DNA of 60,359 nucleotides from Planctomycetota bacterium (GTDB taxonomy: Bacteria > Planctomycetota > Planctomycetia > Pirellulales > Lacipirellulaceae): assembly GCA_013151315.1 (NCBI GenBank), contig JAADIN010000265.1:1-60359 (forward strand), given 5' to 3'. The notes below the pieces were generated by a model, which saw only the letters and a program-made list of their open reading frames with translations, was not told the DNA's origin and ran no database searches. The translations under genes and the position numbers were made by a program. Positions 57,101-60,359 of the stretch are shown piece by piece (the stretch's first letter is position 1; each line of letters starts with the position of its first letter).

Positions 57101-59134
57101 TTCTACCTGCGAGCGTACCTCTCGGAGTTCTGTGAGCGTACATAGGCCAAGCCTCTTCGGCATAGCCTTAACGACTTGCACGGACAACTCATTTGCGACG
57201 GAACGGGACTCTGTAAGATCACCGACTACCAGTTTTGCAGCAAAAGATCGCGCCGTCCTCAAATCTGAGACTTCGGAAACAAGCGTAACGGCTGTTGCCA
57301 AGGAATGAGAGTTACTCAGGAAACGCACCAGACTTTGGTCGCACTTTGACGACAAGGCTATTTCCCCAAAGGATCCCGTATCAACATCTTGAGTCAACTC
57401 AATCCATTTGCTAGGCTCTCCTCCAAATCGATCAGCCAAAGCCGATGTAGCACTCGTTAAGGCCGGTGCAATATCCGACATTGCGTCTATAACGTCTGAA
57501 GCAGTCCTGTGTCCTGAAGGCGGCAATTTATTGGCAAAAAATCCGTGCCAAGGGGAGTCGCTTAGAGGACCAAGTTCTTTAACATGTTCGGCTACTTCAT
57601 TCAGGCGCGCGATGGCTTCATCAAAGGTTATTTCATCAATGTCGGTATCTACGGTAGCATTCTGTAATACTTCCACGCCTCGGGATCGCAGTTCAACGAT
57701 CCGCCAGAATACATCGTACAACGGCCCCTTATGCGGTCCGGCAGGTGTCTTGCACGCATGAAGATAACTTTGCATTTTTTTCTTCTGAACTTCCGCTCGC
57801 TCGTGAATCGACTTAACATCGTGAGAGGAAGGAAATTGAGAGCCAAGTCGCCGCCCTAGGTCAGCGAAGACTTCTCGTGGATTGGCCGCTTCACTATGCA
57901 GCTCAAGACAAAATGCTCCCAGTCCAACCTTCTCCAAGCTATTTCTCACAACTTCTAATGCTGCCAATTTTTCAGCGACAAATAGAACGGTTTTGCCATC
58001 ACTAAGGGCGTCGGCAATCGCATTCGTAATCGTCTGAGACTTGCCCGTGCCAGGAGGGCCTTCAATGACAAGGCTTTTACCCTCAGCGATATCGCAGAGT
58101 GCCGAGTGTTGAGAACTGTCTGCATCCTTGACTAGCGATATCTTCTGGGCGGTGGCGTAGTCATCAATGTCATAGTCTTTTCCAAAGAAAGTAGGGGTGT
58201 CCTTGATCTGAGTCCCCTCAACTACCGCCCTCAAAAGTGGGTGGTTTTTGAACGACTTGGACCCTTCCCATTTTTCAGGGTCGAGATCCAAGTACATCAG
58301 CAGTTTGCGAAACGAAAAGAAGCCTATTAATGCCTCTCGGCTGACCCTCCAATCCGGTTTGTCTGCGAATGCTTCACCGACAGCCTGGAAGTAGTCTTCA
58401 GGTAAAAGAGGGTTGCCTTCATCGTCAGGCTTGTATTCTGGAAGTACCAGCCCAAAGTCGCTTTCAATCCGTTTGGCAAGACAAAGATTTTGCTGGATAT
58501 CTTCCCCCGAGTATACGACCGTTGTCCGGTATTTGCTTCTCTTGGAATCAAAGGTTCGTTCAAGTCGCAGAGGAATTAGTATCAATGGGGCGAGGAAGGA
58601 TCGATCGGAGCCTTCACGCTCTCGCCACTCTAGCATTCCCGCTGCGAAGTAGAGATAGTTCACCCCCGTTTCTTCGACCGCCGTGTTTGATTCTTGTCGC
58701 ATTTTGGCGAGAACGCGGTCCAATTGTTTCTCGGTTAGATCGGTTTGCAGCCTGTCGTCAACATGCTGCCTAGCGAACCCTTCGTCACCACCGTGGTGCA
58801 TTGGTAGCTCATGGCTGGAGTCACTTACTGCATCTTGCCTGTCAAGCTCATCGGCTAAAAGTATCATGCCACCAGGGACATTCCGGCTCCTGCTTTCAAT
58901 GTTTTCTTCGCTCTTTGGTAAAAACGAGAAAGGCTTCGCTTTGATCACGAGCCGATCAAAAATCTGATTCGGAAGTTCATCAACTATTTGAATCGTACGA
59001 GTCGTGCTCTTTCGATAATTCAGTAGCCGGTTGACGTTTGAAAGGTCCAGCAATTTCTGGCGAAATCGATCTAACTCAGCTTCAACGTCAATACCCGTGT
59101 TAAATGCTTTAGGTTCAACCGACAAATCACCCAT
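54122..59134 (-). CDS. DUF4011 + SF1 (Upf1/Dna2-like) helicase + Vsr-like nuclease; Hhe-type anti-phage defence protein
   Basis: KLLDLS..NRLLNY (DUF4011), GPPGTGKSQT, MDEASQ, VGDPKQLPP, HYRS, QGDERD, RLNVLITRAK, DSPFE...IECDGATYHS..RDRDRLR...RIWS. Start could be 59134 or up to 59308. Confidence 0.85.
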   Translation of the reverse strand: MGDLSVEPKAFNTGIDVEAELDRFRQKLLDLSNVNRLLNYRKSTTRTIQIVDELPNQIFDRLVIKAKPFSFLPKSEENIESRSRNVPGGMILLADELDRQDAVSDSSHELPMHHGGDEGFARQHVDDRLQTDLTEKQLDRVLAKMRQESNTAVEETGVNYLYFAAGMLEWREREGSDRSFLAPLILIPLRLERTFDSKRSKYRTTVVYSGEDIQQNLCLAKRIESDFGLVLPEYKPDDEGNPLLPEDYFQAVGEAFADKPDWRVSREALIGFFSFRKLLMYLDLDPEKWEGSKSFKNHPLLRAVVEGTQIKDTPTFFGKDYDIDDYATAQKISLVKDADSSQHSALCDIAEGKSLVIEGPPGTGKSQTITNAIADALSDGKTVLFVAEKLAALEVVRNSLEKVGLGAFCLELHSEAANPREVFADLGRRLGSQFPSSHDVKSIHERAEVQKKKMQSYLHACKTPAGPHKGPLYDVFWRIVELRSRGVEVLQNATVDTDIDEITFDEAIARLNEVAEHVKELGPLSDSPWHGFFANKLPPSGHRTASDVIDAMSDIAPALTSATSALADRFGGEPSKWIELTQDVDTGSFGEIALSSKCDQSLVRFLSNSHSLATAVTLVSEVSDLRTARSFAAKLVVGDLTESRSVANELSVQVVKAMPKRLGLCTLTELREVRSQVETTRQVLDDFTKFSDQLHLLKFGESNTLRDFDLACYKYRLVSHEAVTPPQTLNEAIFFSDAPPAFYRGRKACEKLLATKKRLDQHVYIAKMPDDDSIEELIDTLSAFGDSWTRIFRSSYRQCRKMIKKFKRASGGKIGNQKWIELLKQVGGYRSESRQHEEDSELKRIFGEKFIGFDTDWEALEVLLSWVVTAKKAGLGHQQATKLIANRWSKSNTPLPATVFATGKLLRKEIQQKRICLVLGIEADTIDVVPLDKARAYLGQLSQLLESTATAQKTFTAKEQAPLTQLFEDAATVARTLDRIDAFSSHLDFSEVFPEHFIGMDTNIETLSATSEWVGSMVAIRIPSAAISHVANDHTGEESRVLVKSLLHLRGLLDDWNQQRTLLKQFGVLDSGWLALPGPDNDHCLTSFLQTLQKDTAHLSPWSSFCRSLDRCESAGLGGFSKAIYKGRLSAKESANCYDLTLHEQLAASILDASEPLRSFSRHGVDRARSEFQKLDHQLIEANQAAIAYHASKRQVPTGVSTGRVGDLTELGLIRHETGKQRRHCRIRDLILRAGRAVLGLKPCFMMSPLSIAQYLPAGSLDFDLVIMDEASQIKPEDSLGTLIRAKQLVVVGDPKQLPPTSFFDRMSESDDDEEATFLDDTESILEVALKAFPHRRRLRWHYRSQHESLIAFSNEKFYDGDLVVFPSPTSAAGRLGLRWHQVEEASFTGGCNPVEANVVAEAIVRHAIERPDETLGVATFNAKQAQAIRDRLDELTSSCSEARLAIEQFHDHTDRLFVKNLENVQGDERDVIFISYTYGPDSATKVVMNRFGPMTGEHGWRRLNVLITRAKRRIEVFSSMKPSDIKGGPDRSRGVNAMKDYLQYAMTGELVDRGSFSGRDPDSPFEISVARVIERMGVKVVPQVGVAGYFIDLGILKPDSNGEFLMGIECDGATYHSSKSARDRDRLREEVITARGWKLHRIWSTDWFMNQAAEEERLHSAINRELAGL

Positions 59135-59412
59135 AGGAACTCCCAAACTATGTTTTACGAAGGGGTCTTGAGTATAGACAGGGACTTCGAGAAAACCAAC
59201 TGCTACGCTAAAAGCTGTGCGTTGCAACTGGGAGCCGCCGGGAGACAGACCCTCCACCACATCGAACACGGCCCCAAACATCTCCTGCGATGTTCGGAAG
59301 TTGCCCATATTCCTTTCAATGGCGGTTTCCGCTTGGCTGAAGAAGGGAGCGAAATTATCGTTGAATGGACTGGTGAAATCGTCGACTGAGCCGATCTCAC
59401 CGCTGCTTCATC

Positions 59413-60036
59413 CTACGGAGAGTTATCCGGTTTGATCGCACGGTATTTTGAAACGTCTCCAATGTCGGTGAAAAATTGAGGATCGTAGTCGAAAGTAGCC
59501 TCGTAAACGTAGACGCGGTGCAATTTATCCTCCAGAAATCTGAAATCGATGCCCTTTTCAGGATACATCAGGCCAACATGTCTTTCACGTCTCTCGAACC
59601 TGAATACCGCAGAGATCGAGGTGGGTTGCCCGTAGGTAAGAATCACATCTTCTATCGAACTGGTAGAAGTTATTCCTTCTCGCGTACCTCCCGAAAACGC
59701 CACTTCGAAGTCGCCCCAGTCATCATTAGAATCAAACACAAACAATACATGTAAAACACGCTCGTTTTTTTCAATGGCGACGATGCCCCTAGAGCTCTCG
59801 CAGAATCCGCCGACAACACGAGTCCACCTTTCTCCGAGATCCTTTGTCCGCATGCCTGCGATACAGCCTTTTACGCCAACACCCGGTATGATCGTGTTTT
59901 TCTTTAACATCGATAAATCAAAATTCGGTTCTTGCTGTTGCTTACAGCTGAGCAAAACTATTGAGGCGCAGGCCAATAATAGGACGAGAACAAAGGCAGT
60001 TTGTTTCGATAAACGTGTAAAGAAAATTGTGTGCAT
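59413..60036 (-). CDS. Putative lipoprotein, paralog of the adjacent gene
   Basis: Lipobox IVLLSC; IIPGVGV; SSIEDVILTYGQP...YPEKGIDFRF; DIGDVSKYRAI. Confidence 0.72.
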   Translation of the reverse strand: MHTIFFTRLSKQTAFVLVLLLACASIVLLSCKQQQEPNFDLSMLKKNTIIPGVGVKGCIAGMRTKDLGERWTRVVGGFCESSRGIVAIEKNERVLHVLFVFDSNDDWGDFEVAFSGGTREGITSTSSIEDVILTYGQPTSISAVFRFERRERHVGLMYPEKGIDFRFLEDKLHRVYVYEATFDYDPQFFTDIGDVSKYRAIKPDNSP

Positions 60037-60090
60037 TTACCGCCTCAGTGAGACTTCGTCGTCCCTTCATTAGCCCTGCTGTATTCGCGG

Positions 60091-60359
60091 CTATTTGCCA
60101 ACGGAAATCGCACGGTACTTCGACGTATCGCCTATGTCGCCAATGTCATCGGGGTATTCCAGGTCGCCTTCGGAAGTTGGTTTCATGACACCTATGCTTT
60201 TCAATGCACCGTCGATGAACTTAAATGCAATGCCCTGATGAAGATAGTTCAAGTAAGCACTTTCCTCTCCATCCCCTCGGGTAACGTACATTTCAATAGG
60301 CTGGCCATGAATATAGATGGCCTTCTCAATCGAACTATCGGCTCCAATACCCTGCACAG
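60091..60359 (-). CDS. C-terminal part of a paralogous protein (5' end outside the window)
   Basis: SSIEKAIYIHGQP...YLHQGIAFKF...DIGDTSKYRAI aligns with 59413..60036. Confidence 0.7.
   Translation of the reverse strand, partial: VQGIGADSSIEKAIYIHGQPIEMYVTRGDGEESAYLNYLHQGIAFKFIDGALKSIGVMKPTSEGDLEYPDDIGDIGDTSKYRAISVGK

Larger units (their letters stand above)
45761..60359. mobile_element. Integrative, phage-satellite-like element adjacent to tRNA-Cys; right end lies beyond the window
   Basis: Integrase, excisionase, primase-helicase, DUF932, XRE and a defence gene. Visibly more AT-rich than the left part. No structural phage genes seen. Confidence 0.82.

Overview
This looks like a Planctomycetota (probably Pirellulales) chromosomal window. 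The inference rests on a planctomycete-type 'LGFETLEDRRVM' export signal, a BBP7-like beta-barrel, a giant secretin and a prenyltransferase-repeat protein. Positions 1-45.7 kb are mostly core or lineage-typical genes. These include a DevB-DevC-DevC-DevA(cNMP) ABC exporter with devA frameshifted, a STAS/RsbW pair, a secretin, ECF and RpoD-like sigma factors, glycosyltransferases, csp, an S8 protease, lysS-lolC/E-lolD-ilvE, two toxin-antitoxin-like pairs, recJ, rpmG and a frameshifted uxaC. Several families of miniature palindromic (REP/REPIN-like) elements are scattered through this part. From tRNA-Cys (45689-45760) to the window end lies a compositionally distinct integrative element attached at the 5' side of the tRNA. 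It encodes an atypical tyrosine recombinase, an excisionase-like HTH, an AEP primase-SF3 helicase, a DUF932-like protein, an XRE regulator, an Hhe-like DUF4011-helicase-nuclease defence gene and tandem lipoprotein paralogs. The most striking signal lies upstream of the primase: a 26-bp inverted repeat followed by two 123-bp direct repeats. Each repeat carries an identical 15-7-15 palindrome, and the two 7-bp cores are exact reverse complements (flip/flop), which suggests a recombinase-invertible or hairpin-type origin. All family assignments come from motif recognition by eye; no database searches were run.
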